A DNA stretch of 64,000 nt from Mobula birostris (lineage: Eukaryota), in assembly GCF_030028105.1 (NCBI RefSeq), contig NC_092375.1, positions 33,269,130 through 33,333,129 of the forward strand, in the 5' to 3' direction. The translations under genes and the position numbers were made by a program. Shown here piece by piece: positions 35,151 through 47,595 of the stretch; within the stretch, counting starts at the first letter, position 1, and each line of letters begins with the position of its first letter. A model generated the notes under the pieces. It had not been told where the DNA came from. It worked only from the letters and a program-made list of their open reading frames with translations, and did no database searches.

Positions 35151-36470
35151 AGACCATAAGACTATAAGACCATAAGACAAAGGAGCAGAAGTAGGCCATT
35201 CGGCCCATTGAGTCTGCTCTGCCATTTTATCATGAGCTGATCCATTTTATCTTATTTAGTCCCACTGCCCCGCCTTCTCACCATAACCTTTGATGCCCTG
35301 GCTACTCAGATACCTATCAATCTCTGCCTTAAGTACACCCAATGACTTGGCCTCCACTGCTGCCCGTGGCAACAAATTCCAGAGATTCACCACCCTCTAA
35401 AAAAATTTCTTCGCATTTCTGTTCTAAAAGGGCACCCTTCAATCCTGAAGTCATGCCCTCTCGTACTAGACTCCCCCATCATGGGAAACAACTTTGCCAC
35501 ATCCACTCTGTCCATGCCTTTTAACATTCGAAATGTTTCTATGAGGTCTCCCCTCATTCTTCTGAACTCCAAGGAATACAGTCCAAGAGCGGACAAACGT
35601 TCCTCATATGTTAACCCTCTCATTCCCGGAATCATTCTAGTGAATCTTCTCTGTACCCTCTCCAACGTCAGCACATCCTTTCTTAAATAAGGAGACCAAA
35701 ACTGCCCACAGTACTCCAAGTGAGGTCTCACCAGCGCCTTACAGAGCCTCAACATCACATCCCTGCTCCTATACTCTATTCCTCTAGAAATGAATGCCAA
35801 CATTGCATTCGCCTTCTTCACTACCGACTCAACCTGGAGGTTAACTTTAAGGGAATCCTGTACGAGGACTCCCAAGTCTCGTTGCATCTCAGAACTTTGA
35901 ATTCTTTCCCCATTTAAATAATAGTCTGCCCGTTTATTTTTTCTGCCAAAGTGCATAACCATACACTTTCCAACATTGTACTTCATTTGCCACTTCTCTG
36001 CCCATTCTTCCAATCTATCCAAGTCTCTCTGCAGACTCTCTGTTTCCTCAGCATTATCGGCCCCTCCACCTATCTTCGTATCATCAGCAAACTTAGCCAC
36101 AAAGCCATCTATTCCATAATCCAAATCGTTGATGTACAATGTAAAAAGATGCGGCCCCAACACTAATCCCTGTGGAACACCACTGGTAACCGGCAGCCAA
36201 CCAGAATAGGATCCCTTTATTCCCACTCTCTGTTTCCTGCCAATCAGCCAACGCTCTATCCACGTATGTAACTTTCCTGTAATTCCATGGGTTCTTATAT
36301 TGTTAAGTAGCCTCATGTGTGGCACCTTGTCAAAGGCCTTCTGAAAATCCAAATATACAACATCCACTGCATCTCCCTTGTCTAACCTACTGGTAATTTC
36401 CTCAAAAAATTGTAATAGGTTTGTCAGGCAGGATTTTCCTTTAAGGAATCCATGCTGAGTTCTGCCTATC
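35151..36470 (-). mobile_element. Young 5'-truncated CR1, RT frame open
   Basis: QHGFLKGKSCLTNLL, YLDFQKAFDKVPH, GVPQG and KFADDTK without stops over ~360 codons; (TCTTATGG)n tail. Confidence 0.95.
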
Positions 36471-36879
36471 ACAGATTGAGCAAGAACCTTTTTCTCAAGG
36501 CAGCAATAACTAATACAAGAGAACATACTTTAAGGTGGTTAGAGGAAAGTAGAGGGGGATTTCAAAGGTAGTTTTTTTCTTTACACACAGAGAATGGTAT
36601 GAGCATGAAACACACTGCCAGGGTGATAGTAAAATCAGAAACATTAGAGATATTTAATAGGGTCTAAAAAGGCATATGAAAGAAAATGGAGGGCTATGTG
36701 GGAAGGAAGGGATAGATTGATCTTGCTGTAGGTTAAAAGGTCTACACAACAGCATGAGCTGAAGAACCTGTACTGTGCTGTACTCTAAAGTCATAGAGCA
36801 CTAGAGCACAGAAACAAATGCTTCAACCCAGCTTGTCCATGCCAAACTGCTATCCTCCAAAGATCCATCGACCCACACC

Positions 36880-37290
36880 TGGACCATAGCCCTTCTGAGA
36901 TCACCACCCTGGAGATCCTTATTACCTACCTCCCTGAACTCACTTTGTAGGACCTCATCGCCCTTCCAGCCTATGTCACTGGCACCAACATGGATCACAA
37001 CCTCTGGCTGCTCACACGCCCCCTTAAAGAATGCTATGGTCTTGATTCAAGATATCCCTGACCCTGGCACCTTGGAGGCAACATACCATCTGGGAATCTT
37101 GTTCTTGTCCACAGAACTTCCTGTCTGTTTTCCTAACCAATGAATCCCTATCACCACTGCTCACCTCTTCTCCACCCTTCCCTTCTGAGTCACAGAACCA
37201 GATACAGTGCCAGCAACCTGGCTGCTGTGGTTTTTCTCCGCTGGATCGTCTCTGCCCCTCCTCGAGTATCCAAAACAACATACTATTTTT
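36880..37290 (-). mobile_element. CR1 ORF1 SGNH/GDSL-esterase fragment
   Basis: DSLVRKTDRKFCG..MVCCLQGARVRD and IHVGASDIG motifs. Confidence 0.8.
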
Positions 37291-37724
37291 ATACTGTAAG
37301 TGTCCACAACAATATACACTGTTCTATGCTCCTTAATTGTAATGGCAATATTATTTATAGCAGCAGACAGCAGTCATCAGCTAAAGTTAAAGGTGATAAC
37401 TTTTCTACCTTCACCTTCAAATACTGTACATTTAACTTACGACTCTTTAAATATGAAACCTTTGATTGAAAATACACTGTTACAGATGATACATTTCTGG
37501 TCACAGATTGACTTCTTTATTGAGTTATAGTACAATTTTGTGGATACTCATGATGAAGCCCAGTTACCTGGGCCATTCTCTACTTCTGTAAACCACAAAC
37601 GGACTTTTTAAAATTAATATTTGTACTTTTAAAAGTGCAATACAACTTTCAATATTTCAGCCATAGAAATATGATACTGGCTGACCTTGCAGTTTGACTG
37701 AAAGTGTTTAGAGTAAACATTTTA

Positions 37725-38015
37725 CAGTCATGGAGTTGTACAGTAAGACAGCACGCCATTCAGCCTAATTTCTCCCCACCGATCAAGATGTCTTTCCAAG
37801 CTACTCCCACTTGCCCATACTCCTCTAAACCTTTTCTATCTAGGTATCTGTCTAAATGTATTCTAAATATCGCAATTGTATCCATCACTGCAGCTTCTTT
37901 TAGCTATTTGTTCCATATACCCACCGCCATGTGTGAAGTAGTTTCTCGGGTACCTTTAAAATCGTTACCCTCCCTCCTTAAACCTGTGCCCTCCAGTTTT
38001 AGACTCCCCTACACT
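37725..38015 (-). mobile_element. Old CR1 3' end
   Basis: Revcomp of tctaaaactggagggcacaggtttaagg and tggaacaaatagc..tttagacagataccta patterns shared with other CR1 tails. Confidence 0.65.
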
Positions 38016-38074
38016 TGGGGGATGGGAGAAGACAATAAATGGAGAGCAGGGTTATTAACAACGTTGGTAAACAG

Positions 38075-38525
38075 AGATACTGTATCTAGAGTCCAAGTAC
38101 ATGATCAAACAGGTTGTTAGGACAGTAAAGAAGGCTTTTGGGTATATTTGCCTTTATTAGTCAAGACACTGAGTTCAAGAGTTGCAACTTTATAAAATGC
38201 TGATTAAGCAACATTTAGAGTATTGCATTCAGTTCCAGACACTTTATCACAGGAAGTAGTGGAGGCTTTGGAGAGTGCAGAGGAAGTTTACTATGATGTT
38301 GCCTGGTTTAGAGCATATCCTATGAGAGGAGGTTGGAAAAGCTGTTTTCTCTAGAATGTCAGAAGCTGAGGGGAAATTTGAGAGAATTTTATAAAAATTA
38401 TGCAAGACAGCCAGTAACTTTTTCCCCAGCACTAAGATGTCCAGTGTATTTAAGGTATACAAGAGGTATGCAAAGTAACCATTTTCTAAAAAAAATAGTG
38501 GTGGAGGCCCAGTAATGCCAGCAGT
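38075..38525 (+). mobile_element. Old CR1 C-terminal fragment
   Basis: Degenerate LEYCIQF, ALERVQRKFTMMLPGLE and LFSLE motifs. Confidence 0.7.
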
Positions 38526-38527
38526 GG

Positions 38528-40057
38528 TAACCATATATAACCATATAACAATTACAGCACGGAAACAGGCCATCTCGGCCCTTCTAGTCCGTGCCGAATT
38601 CTTACCCTATCCTAGTCCCACCGACCTGCACTCAGCCCATAACCCTTCATTCCTTTCCTGTCCAAATATCTATCCAATCTAACTTTAAACAACAACATAG
38701 AACCTGCCTCAACCACTTCTGCTGGAAACTCGTTCCACACAGCTACCACTCTCTGAGTAAAGAAGGTCCCCCTCATGTTACTCCTAAACTTTTGTCCTCT
38801 AACTCTCAACCCATGTCCTCTTGTTTGAATCTTCCCCACTCTCAATGGAAAAAGTCTAACCACGTCAACTCTATCAATCCCCCTCATAATTTTAAACACC
38901 TCTATCAAGTACCCCCTCAACCTTCTACGCTCCAAAGAATAAAGACCTAACTTGTTCAACCTTTCTCTGTAACTTAGGGGATGAAACCCAGGCAACATTT
39001 TAGTTAACCTCCTCTGTACTCTCTCAATTTTATTGACATCTTTCCTATAATTCGGTGACCAGAACTATACAGAATACTCCAGATTTGGCCTTACCAATGC
39101 CTTATACAAATTCAACATTACATCCCAACTCCTATACTCAATGCTCTGATTAATAAAGGCCAGCAAACCAAAAGCTTTCTTCACCACCCTATCCACATGA
39201 GATTCCATCTTCAGGGAACTATGCACCATTATTCCTAGATCCCTCTCTTCTACAGCATTCTTCAATGCCCTACCATTTACCATCTATGTCCTATTTTGAT
39301 TAGTTCTACCAAAATGTAGCACCTCACATTTTTCAGCATTAAACTCCAACTACCATCTTTCAGCCCACTCTTCTAACTGTCCTAAACCCCTCTGCAAGCT
39401 TTGAAAACCTACCTCATCACCCACAACTCCACCTACCTTAGTTTCATCTGCATACTTACTAATCCAATTTACCACCCCATCATCCAGATCATTAATATAT
39501 ATTACAAACAACATTGGACCCAGTACAGATCCCTGAGGCACACCACTACACACCGTCCTAAAATCTGACACACAGTTATCCACCACTACTCTCTGGCATC
39601 TCCCATCTAGCCATTGCTGAATCCATTTTACTACATCCATATTAATGCCTAACGATTGAACCTTCCTAACTAACCTGCCGTGTGGAAACTTGTCAAAGGC
39701 CTTACTGAAGTCCATATAGACAACATCCACCGCCTTACCCTCGTCAACTTTCCTAGTAACCTCATCAAAAAATTCAATAAGATTTGTCAAACATGACCTT
39801 CCATGCACAAATCCATGTTGACTGTTCCTAATTAGACCCTGTCTATCCAGATAATTATATATATCTCTAAGAATCAATTTACCTACCACTGACGTCAAAT
39901 TCACAGGCTGATAATTGCCAGGTTTATTCTTAGAACCCTTTTTAAACAATGGAACCACATGAGCAATACGTCAATCCTCCGGCACCATCCCCGTTTCTAA
40001 TGACATTTGAAATATTTCTGTCAGAGCCCCTGCTATTTCTACACTAACTTCCCTCAA
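38528..40057 (-). mobile_element. 5'-truncated CR1 LINE
   Basis: PGNYQPVNLTS, QHGFVHGRSCLTNL, YMDFSKAFDK, KYADETK; (TATATGGT)-like tail. Confidence 0.95.
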
Positions 40058-40840
40058 AAGAAACAGAAGGGGAGGGGAGCCCAGCGGGTGGTGAGCAGGC
40101 AAGGAGTTACAGTGAGAGGGACAGAGGGAGAAAAAAAGAGAGAAAAAAGGGGAAAATAATTAATTAATAAGGGATGGGGTGTGAAGGGGGGGTGGGGCAT
40201 TAACAGAAGTTAGAGAAGTCAATGTTCATGCCATCAGGTTGGAGGCTACCCATTCGGAATATAAGGTGTTGTTCCTCCAACCTGAGTGTGGTTTCATCTT
40301 TACAGTAGGGGAGGCCGTGGATAGACATGTCAGAATGCGAATGGGATGTGGAATTAAAATGTGTGGCCACTGGGAGACCTTGTTTTCTCTGGCAGACAGA
40401 GTGTAGGTGTTCAGCGAAACGATCTCCCAGTCTGTGTCAGGTCTCGCAAATATACAGAAGGCCACATCGGGAGCACCGGACGCAGTATATCACCACAGCC
40501 GACTCACAGGTGAAGTGTCGCCTCACCTGGAAGGACTGTCTGAGGCCCTGAATGGTAGTGAGGGAGGAAGTGTAAGGGCATGTGTAGCACTTGTTCCGCT
40601 TACAAGGATAAGTGCCAGGAGGGAGATCAGTTGGAAGGGATGGGGGGACGAATGGGCAAGGGAGTCGCATAGGGAATGATCTTTGCGGAAAGCAGGGGGG
40701 TGGGAGGGAAAGATGTGCTTAGTGGTGGGATCCCGTTGGAGGTGGCGGAAGTTACGGAGAATTATATGTTGGACCCAGAGGCTGGTGGGACAAGGGGAAC
40801 TCTATTCCTAGTGGGGTGGCGGGAGGATGGGGTGAGATTA
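40058..40840 (-). mobile_element. Penelope-like element, GIY-YIG endonuclease region
   Basis: PCKRNKCYTCP..FTCESAVVIYCVRCSRCGLLYI(C)ET (CCHH plus GIY-YIG), followed by the same C-terminus as 10640-10818. Confidence 0.92.
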
Positions 40841-40939
40841 GATTAATTAGGGGTCATTGATTTAACTCACTCAGCACAAGATAGTGGGCCAGAGGGCTCC
40901 TCCTGTGTTGGTACAGTTCTATGTTTTATTACTGTATAG

Positions 40940-41300
40940 TATTTTCCCTGGAGTAAAAAAGGCTGAGGGATTGACATGATAGGTATATAAAATTACCAGA
41001 GGCATAGATAGGGTAGATAGTCAGGGTCTGTTTTCCACAATGGGGGCATCTTAAACTAGAGGCTACAGGTTTAAGGGGGAGAGGTTTTGACAGGGATCTG
41101 AGGTGTAAATTTTCCGACACGAAGAGTATTCGGTGCCTGAAATGAGCTGCCAGAGGGAGTGCAAGCACGTATGTCCCTGTAAGAGCAAGGCAGAGAGGGA
41201 AATGTTATAAATGCAGGCAAACGGGATTAATATAGACAGGCTTGCCGGTCGGCATAGACGTAAATGGGCACGAGGCCCTGTTTCCGTTTATAATAAATTA
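40940..41300 (+). mobile_element. CR1 3' end at the edge of the CpG-rich region
   Basis: ttttccctggag..ggctgaggga..gcatagatagggtagatag..actagagg pattern; retains more CpG than other old copies. Confidence 0.7.
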
Positions 41301-42790
41301 TGACTGCAAGATCCTATTCCTGGACCTCCCCACCTCAAAAAAATTACTGCCTCAGATTAAAGAAAACTGAAAGTAGTCTCAAAGATTGTTAGAAAAAGAT
41401 CGCAGGTCAACATTCCAAAGACGGTATTCAGCAACAAAAATAAAACAGTTAAAGAAAAATAAAGACAATACCGTTATAAAAAGAACTTACAAGTCTATTT
41501 CAAAATGAGTGGAAAATAAGTTGAAGAAATGCACCTTGCAAATTGGCCATTTACTGACCAATTAAAATTACTGTATGCTGCCGTACCAAACGTAAATGCG
41601 CAAAACAAGCATGATTTCACTATTTATTCTCTGCCTGCGTTGTCTCAATCTCGAAACTCCCACCACGGTCCCAGAGGGCGAAGGGTTTCTGCAGGCGAAA
41701 TCGCGGCCCTTGATTTCACCAAGATGACAAATAAGCAGCCACCAAAGTCGGTACTTTTGGTTAAAAACTACCCAAAAACCTGTGTAAATGGTGGAGAAAA
41801 GCAACGTTGTGCTTTGCTTACAAACTTATCGTTTTCTTTTCCAAAAAGTGCGAGTTTTTACAAACAATTTTTTTAAACTTTAACAAATTAAAATCATATT
41901 TACCTTATCGTTATTTCCTATAAGCTCTTAATTTCATCACCCACGAAAACAAGCGTTTCTGATCAACCATTTCTAACTGGTCTTCTGAAGTCTTTAGCAG
42001 TGAAAACCGATGATAGGAGATAACAAATCCCAAGTGTTAAAGGGCTCATACCTACCCAAATTATGTTGCCGACAAAAAAAAATTGTGTACTTCAAAGCAA
42101 AGTTCAGAGTGACTTGCACAACTATGATGTTTGCTGCCAGGAATTCTAAAGTTGCGAAAAACTCTAAATTTGCCTTTTTTTTATTCGTAGGATTCCATCC
42201 ATGCCACCCTTTATGCTCCGATTAACCCTTTCCCGCCCGTTCTTAAATGACTCCAGGGTTTTTAGCTTCACTGCCAGCTGGTTCTATACATTGATCTTAA
42301 AATATATTATTTCCTCGAATTTGCGTTCAGTTGTTTTAAACCTGTGTTTAATTCCTTAGGTAGTTTTACTTTAAGGTTGGTGGGTACGACGACCTTAAAA
42401 GATTGTGTCATGTGGCTATATCACGTTACATTTTTGAGCTACATTTGTCCTTTAGTTACTCAACTGACTGCCGTGTACGTAGTGTAAATTCATGTGATAA
42501 ATAATTGAGAACACAGTTCAAGACACCCACAAATTTATATCGAAACAGTTATCCAGATCTACGACCGTTTAATCTGATGTAACTCTGTACCTTTAATAAT
42601 CTGGAGTGACTCCTTTACATTGTAACTAAAGTGCGTGAAACCCCAGTTTTTTACTCTAATAGTGAGAATGATCCATGTGCTTTTATCTGAAAAGTCTCTA
42701 AAATTTGAATTATGGTTTGTTTTAGTGTACTCTCACCAGAATTGCACACACGTCGGTGGTACTGGTCTAGCACATAGGATTCACAGCTTT
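41170..42790 (-). promoter_or_regulatory. CpG-retaining, largely unique region; putative promoter and first exon(s) of the minus-strand gene
   Basis: Visibly more CpG than other unique AT-rich tracts; GC box CCGCCC at 42233; DR1-like AAAGCAAAGTTCA at 42094-42106; minus-strand donors AG|GTATGA (42051), AG|GTAAAT (41903) and GTAAGT (41490). Confidence 0.55.
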
Positions 42791-42914
42791 TGATTTCAGA
42801 CATGGTATTGATCGGCTGTGGTAAGGGGAAATTTAAATTCATGTCATTAAACAAAGAAGGATCCTTCTTTCTTTGTAGTTATATCAACAATAACGATTAT
42901 GAAACTATCCGATT

Positions 42915-43050
42915 AGGGTCCTGATGAAGGGTCTCGGCCCAAAACGTCGACTGTACTCTTTTCCGTAGATGCTGCCTGGCCCGCTGAATTTCTCCAGCAT
43001 TTTGTGTGTGTGTTGTTTGGGTTTCCAGCATCTGCAGATTTTCTTTTGTT
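42915..43050 (+). mobile_element. Penelope-like terminal repeat with hammerhead motif (GAAA>AAAA)
   Basis: GGUC-CUGAUGA-AGGGUCUCGGCCC-AAAAC-GUC-GACU, then agatgctgcctggccc...ccagcatctgcag. Confidence 0.85.
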
Positions 43051-43204
43051 TGTTAATGTTGGCGCTGGAATGTGTAGCGACACCTGTGGGCTGCACGTAA
43101 AACGTTTGTATTCGCCAAGTAGAAGAGTCAGCTAAAAGCCCTTTAATACCAAGGGTTTCGTATCTCCTGTCATCCAGTTTGCTGCTTAGCGGACAAATCT
43201 TTGG

Positions 43205-44540
43205 CCATATCTTAATCCTCCCCTGTCCACGTATTTTAACCATTGCAATTGTACCTATCTCTATCACATTCTCATGCAGCTTGTTCCACATAACACATCC
43301 TCTGTGTGAAAAAACTTGCTCCTCAAATCCCCTTTAGATCTTTCCCCTCAGTTTAAACCAATACTATCTAGATTTAGAATTCCCTCCCCCAGTAAAAGAC
43401 TATCTACTGTATCTATACTCCTCATAATTTTATAAATCTCTATATGTAAGATACTGTACTCCAAAAAGTTCTGGATATAGCCCAGTCCATCCCTTCCCAC
43501 CATTGAGCACATTCACACAAAATGCTGTCACAGGAAAGCAGCATCCATCAAATGGGACCCCCCCCCCCCACCACCACCACCACCACCACCCAGGACATGC
43601 TGTCTTCTCGCTGCTGCCATCAGGAAGAAGGTACAAGAGTCTCAGGACACAGAGGTTCATGAATGGTTACTATCCCTCAACTCTCAGGCTCTTGAACCAG
43701 TGGGGATAACATCACTCAACTTCACCTGCCCCATCATTGAAATGTTCCCACAACCTGTGGACTCACTTTCAAGGACTCTTCGTCTCATGTTCTCAATATT
43801 TATTGCTTAGTTATTTTTTTTTTTTTTGGTTTTTGTATTTGCTCAGTTTGTTGTCTTTTGCACACTGGTTGAACACCCAAATTGGTGCAGTATTTCATTG
43901 ATTCTATTATGATAATTGTTCTATTGTGGATTTATTTAGTATACTTGCAAGAAAATGAATCTCAGTTGTATAATGTGACACATACTGTATGTACTTTGAT
44001 AATAGATTTACTTTGAACTTCAGCCTCCCTCACTCCAGGGGAAACAGTCCTAGCCTAGCAAACCTCTCCTTATAGCACAAGTCCTCCTGTTCAGGCAACT
44101 TCATTGTGAATCTTCCCCATACCATCTCTAGTTAAAGCACATTCTTCCCATAGTATGACTATCAGAGCCCCTGAGTTTTTCTGTTGAAGAACACTCCATA
44201 GGGCCCTGCCGTTCACTGTGTATATCCTATTAAAACACATCACTTCACACTTATCTGAGTTAAATTCCACATGTCTACTTTCCCAGTTGATCAAGTTCTC
44301 TGCCCATTGTAGGACACCTAGCACTGGTCCCTGCAGCACAATGCTGGTTACAGGCCTCCAATCTAAAAAAAACCCTCTGCTACCCTCTAATTCCTTCTAC
44401 AAAGCTTATTCTGTGCCCAGACTGGCTAACTGACTCTCGATCCTATGCAATATCATCTTCCAAGACTAGTCAACCAAGACCTTGCTAAAATCTAAGCAAC
44501 ACACATGAAGACTTTGTGAGACATGATATCCCACTCACAA
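43205..44540 (-). mobile_element. Old CR1 split by a Rex 3' end
   Basis: WNKLHENVIE, EFNSDKCEVM and QGPVLG motifs on both sides of 43480-44020. Confidence 0.7.
43480..44020 (+). mobile_element. Rex1/Babar-type LINE 3' end containing a (CAC)n expansion
   Basis: HPGHAVFSLLPSGRRYKSLRT..YYPSTLRLLN plus 3' UTR ending tactttgaactt. Confidence 0.85.
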
Positions 44541-45153
44541 TGTTCACATTCATGAGAATGCTGGGTCCTGTTTAACAAGAACTCTCTTAAAAAGTTTAGC
44601 CAGAGACAAGAGCATGCTATTGTGTGCTTCAGCTATAGGGGGAAAAATATCAAGACAGTAATAGTTATAGTGATTTCAGAAGATATTTTAGTGGTTGCAG
44701 ATATGATTCTAGGATAAAATAGGATTCTAGGATAGGATAGATGTGGTTCTAAGATATTTTAGCAGTTGCAGATATGATTCTGGACTCCCTGGTAAATTTC
44801 AGACATGGTTGTACCAACGTGGTCTTCTACCAAGGCTGCTCTGGCTTTTCTCAGTATATGAGTTCCCCATGACCACTGTAGAAGGCATCAAGAGGAAAGT
44901 CAACGTGCACCTGCCGAGGTGGCTGGAGATCCCCCCAAGTTTTTCTTCAGTGGGGCTCTACATAAGATCAGGCCGGCTACGGCTCCCGTTGTCATCGGTA
45001 AGTGGGGGAGTTCAAGGTGCAAAGTTTAGAGTTGTGTTAACACTGAGGGGCTCCGATGACAAGCTAGTAAAACAAGTAGGGTCACAACAAGATTGGGTCA
45101 AAAGTGGGCCACAAATTCGGCCACAAACCAGGCCGTGCGTGGGATGGTAAGGC

Positions 45154-46240
45154 AGAACCCAGGCTGCAAAAATAGGGGACAAGCTCTCCTCTACAATCAC
45201 TCTGAGCACCGGTGCCCCACAAGGCTGTGTACTCAGAACCCTACTGTACTCACTCTACACCCATGATTGTGTAGCCAAGTTTCCATCAAACTCAATATAT
45301 AAGTTTGCTGATGACACAACAATTGTAGGCCGTATCTCAGGTAATGATGAGTTTGAGTACAGAGAGGAAATTAAGAACCTGGTGGCATGGTGCGAAGACA
45401 ATAACCTATCCCTCAACGTCAGCAAGACGAAGGAATTGGTTGTTGACTTCAGAAGGAGTAGCGGACCGCACGACCCAATTTACATCGGTGGTGCGCAAGT
45501 GGAACAGGTCAAAAGCTTTAAGTTCCTTGGGGTCAATATCACAAATGACCTGACTTGGTCCAACCAAGCAGAGTTCACTGCCAAGAAGGCCCACCAGCAC
45601 CTTTACTTCCTGAGAAAGCTAAAGAAATTTGGCCTGTCCCCTAAAACCCTCACTAATTTTTATAGATGCACCGTAGAAAGCATTCTTCTAGGGTGCATCG
45701 CAACCTGGTATGGAAGTTGTCCTGTCCAAGACCGAAAGAAGCTAGAGAAGATCATGAACACGGTGCAGCACATCACACAAACTAATCTTCCGTCCTTGGA
45801 CTCACTTTACACCGCACGCTGTCGGAGCAGTGCTGCCAGCGTAATAAAGGACACGACCCACCCAGCCAACACAGTTTTTGTCCCTCTTCCCTCCGGGAGA
45901 AGGCTCAGGAGCTTGAAGACTCGTATGGCCAGATTTGGGAACAGCTTCTTTCCAACTGTGATAAGACTGCTGAAAGGATCCTGACCCGGATCTGGGCCAT
46001 ACCCTCCAAACATCCGGACCTGCCTCTCGGTTTTTTTTTTTGCACTACCTTACTTTCCATTGTTCTATTTTCTGTTTATGATTTATAATTTAAATGTTTA
46101 TATTTTCTAATTTTTACTCTTTTTAATATTTTTAATATTTAATATTTGTACTCCAGGGAGCGGGAAGCGCAGAATCAAATATCACTGCGATGATTGTACG
46201 TTCTAGTATCAATTGTTTGGCGATAATAAAGTATAAAGTA
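45154..46240 (+). mobile_element. Young Rex1/Babar-type LINE inserted in Hero
   Basis: GAPQGCVL..YKFADDTT..SFKFLGV..PSGRRLRS; (GTATAAA)n tail; TSD TAAGGC at 45148-53 and 46241-46. Confidence 0.93.
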
Positions 46241-46780
46241 TAAGGCCTCGGTTCTGCACACTTCCAATGACAGGGGAATGCGAGTGCCAGGGATAGGCGA
46301 GACATGGTCCAGGCAGAGGTACGGAACCGCAACGATGAAAGGTAGTTATTGAAAGCAGTGGAGTTGGGGTCGCAGTGCATCTGGACAAAATGGAATCTTC
46401 CCAAGTGCAAGGTGATTTGGGCAGAACTTTGGAGACTGGAGCCCTTCCACATTTCTTTCCTCCTCCAGCCCATCTATCACACTCTCCCTACACCATCACA
46501 GCTGCACATATGCGGTCTGAGCGATGACTCTAACTGCAAGCTTTACGGTCAACGGGGTTCACTGACACACATTCTGTCAGGATACAGAACAGCTTTAACA
46601 TGAGGACAGTATAGGTGGTGACACAACAAGGTCCTGCTGTCCCTTGCTGACACACTGGAGCAGGAGAGGTGTAAAAAGAGACCAGCTGGCAGAGAGGCAA
46701 ACAGTCATTTTCATCAAGGAGAGGGCCATGGCAGTCATATCAAAGAGGCCTAAATCCAACATGCTGCAAACTGCCAAATC

Positions 46781-47100
46781 GGACGACTCGGAGTCGGACT
46801 GTGGTTGGGTATGGCAGGGAGAGTTTTCTTCCTTCTCCCGTCTGTGTGAGATGTGGGACTTTCGAGAGACTTTGAACTTTTTTTACTGTGCCATGGCCTG
46901 TTCTTCATCAAGTTATGGTATTGTTGCACTGTTGTAACTACGTGTTATAATTATGTGGTTTTTGTTAGTTTTTCAGTCTTGGTCTGTCCTGTGTTTCTGT
47001 GATATCACACCGGAGGAATATTGTATCATTTCTTAAAGCATGCATTACTAAATGACAATAAAAGAGGACAGCGTGTCCTCATAATCTCATCTATTCTAAT
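46781..47100 (+). mobile_element. Non-autonomous retroposon copy 3 (5'-truncated) inserted in Hero
   Basis: Matches 22197-22497; TSD CAAATC at 46775-80 and 47101-06. Confidence 0.88.
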
Positions 47101-47526
47101 CAAATCATGGGAGGCAAGTGTCAATGTGGTGAGGAAGCTGCAGTTCCCAGAAGTAGTGCAAACCACACCTTGATCAGATATCGTACTGTGGTCCACCAAA
47201 GACAAGAAAATCATCTGGTGGAGCTCACAGTACCATGGGAAGAAGAATGTGAGGAGGCTCATGAGAGGAAGGCACTAAATTACTAGTCCATAGTCCAGGC
47301 ATGGCATGGCTATTCCCCATAAAGATTGACTGTAGTGGGTTCCTGGAAAGGTCAATATGGAAGTTGCTGTCTGCACTGGGCCTTGATGGAAAGAACAAGA
47401 ACCAAGCAGCTCACAGGATGGGGGAGGAAGCAGAAAGAGCCTTGTGCTGGATATGGAGCAGGTGAGAGGAGTTGAGCTGGAAGTCAGGAGCAGGCGGGCA
47501 GTGACTTGGCCACCACTGCTGACTCG

Positions 47527-47595
47527 CCAACTGGAGAGTGTAGTAGTTAAGGGTCAGAACACTCAGTGAAGTTTGGGCACCACCTGATGATATCT
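47527..47595 (+). ncRNA. Putative non-circularly permuted hammerhead-like RNA in the Hero 3' UTR (decayed core)
   Basis: GAGUGU-A-GUAGU ... GGGUC-AGA-ACACUC ... ACCAC-CUGAUGA-UAUCU: three stems close around hammerhead core positions, but the GAAA box reads AGAA. Confidence 0.5.

Larger units (their letters stand above)
31700..36790 (+). mobile_element. Old CR1 LINE hosting three nested insertions
   Basis: Endonuclease (YRPP, ITGDFNFP) at 31850-32100; continues 33618-35150 (GKSCLTSLTDFF, LVRPHLQHC) and 36475-36790 (3' end). Confidence 0.8.

Noticed and set aside
35387-36526. 379-aa RT ORF as an active or host gene
   Set aside because: 5'-truncated CR1 lacking endonuclease and promoter; the ORF start comes from flanking antisense sequence and the C-terminus has a deletion.
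43503-43709. Poly-Pro/poly-His (and antisense poly-Trp) ORF
   Set aside because: A C-run and (CAC)n expansion within a Rex LINE C-terminus.
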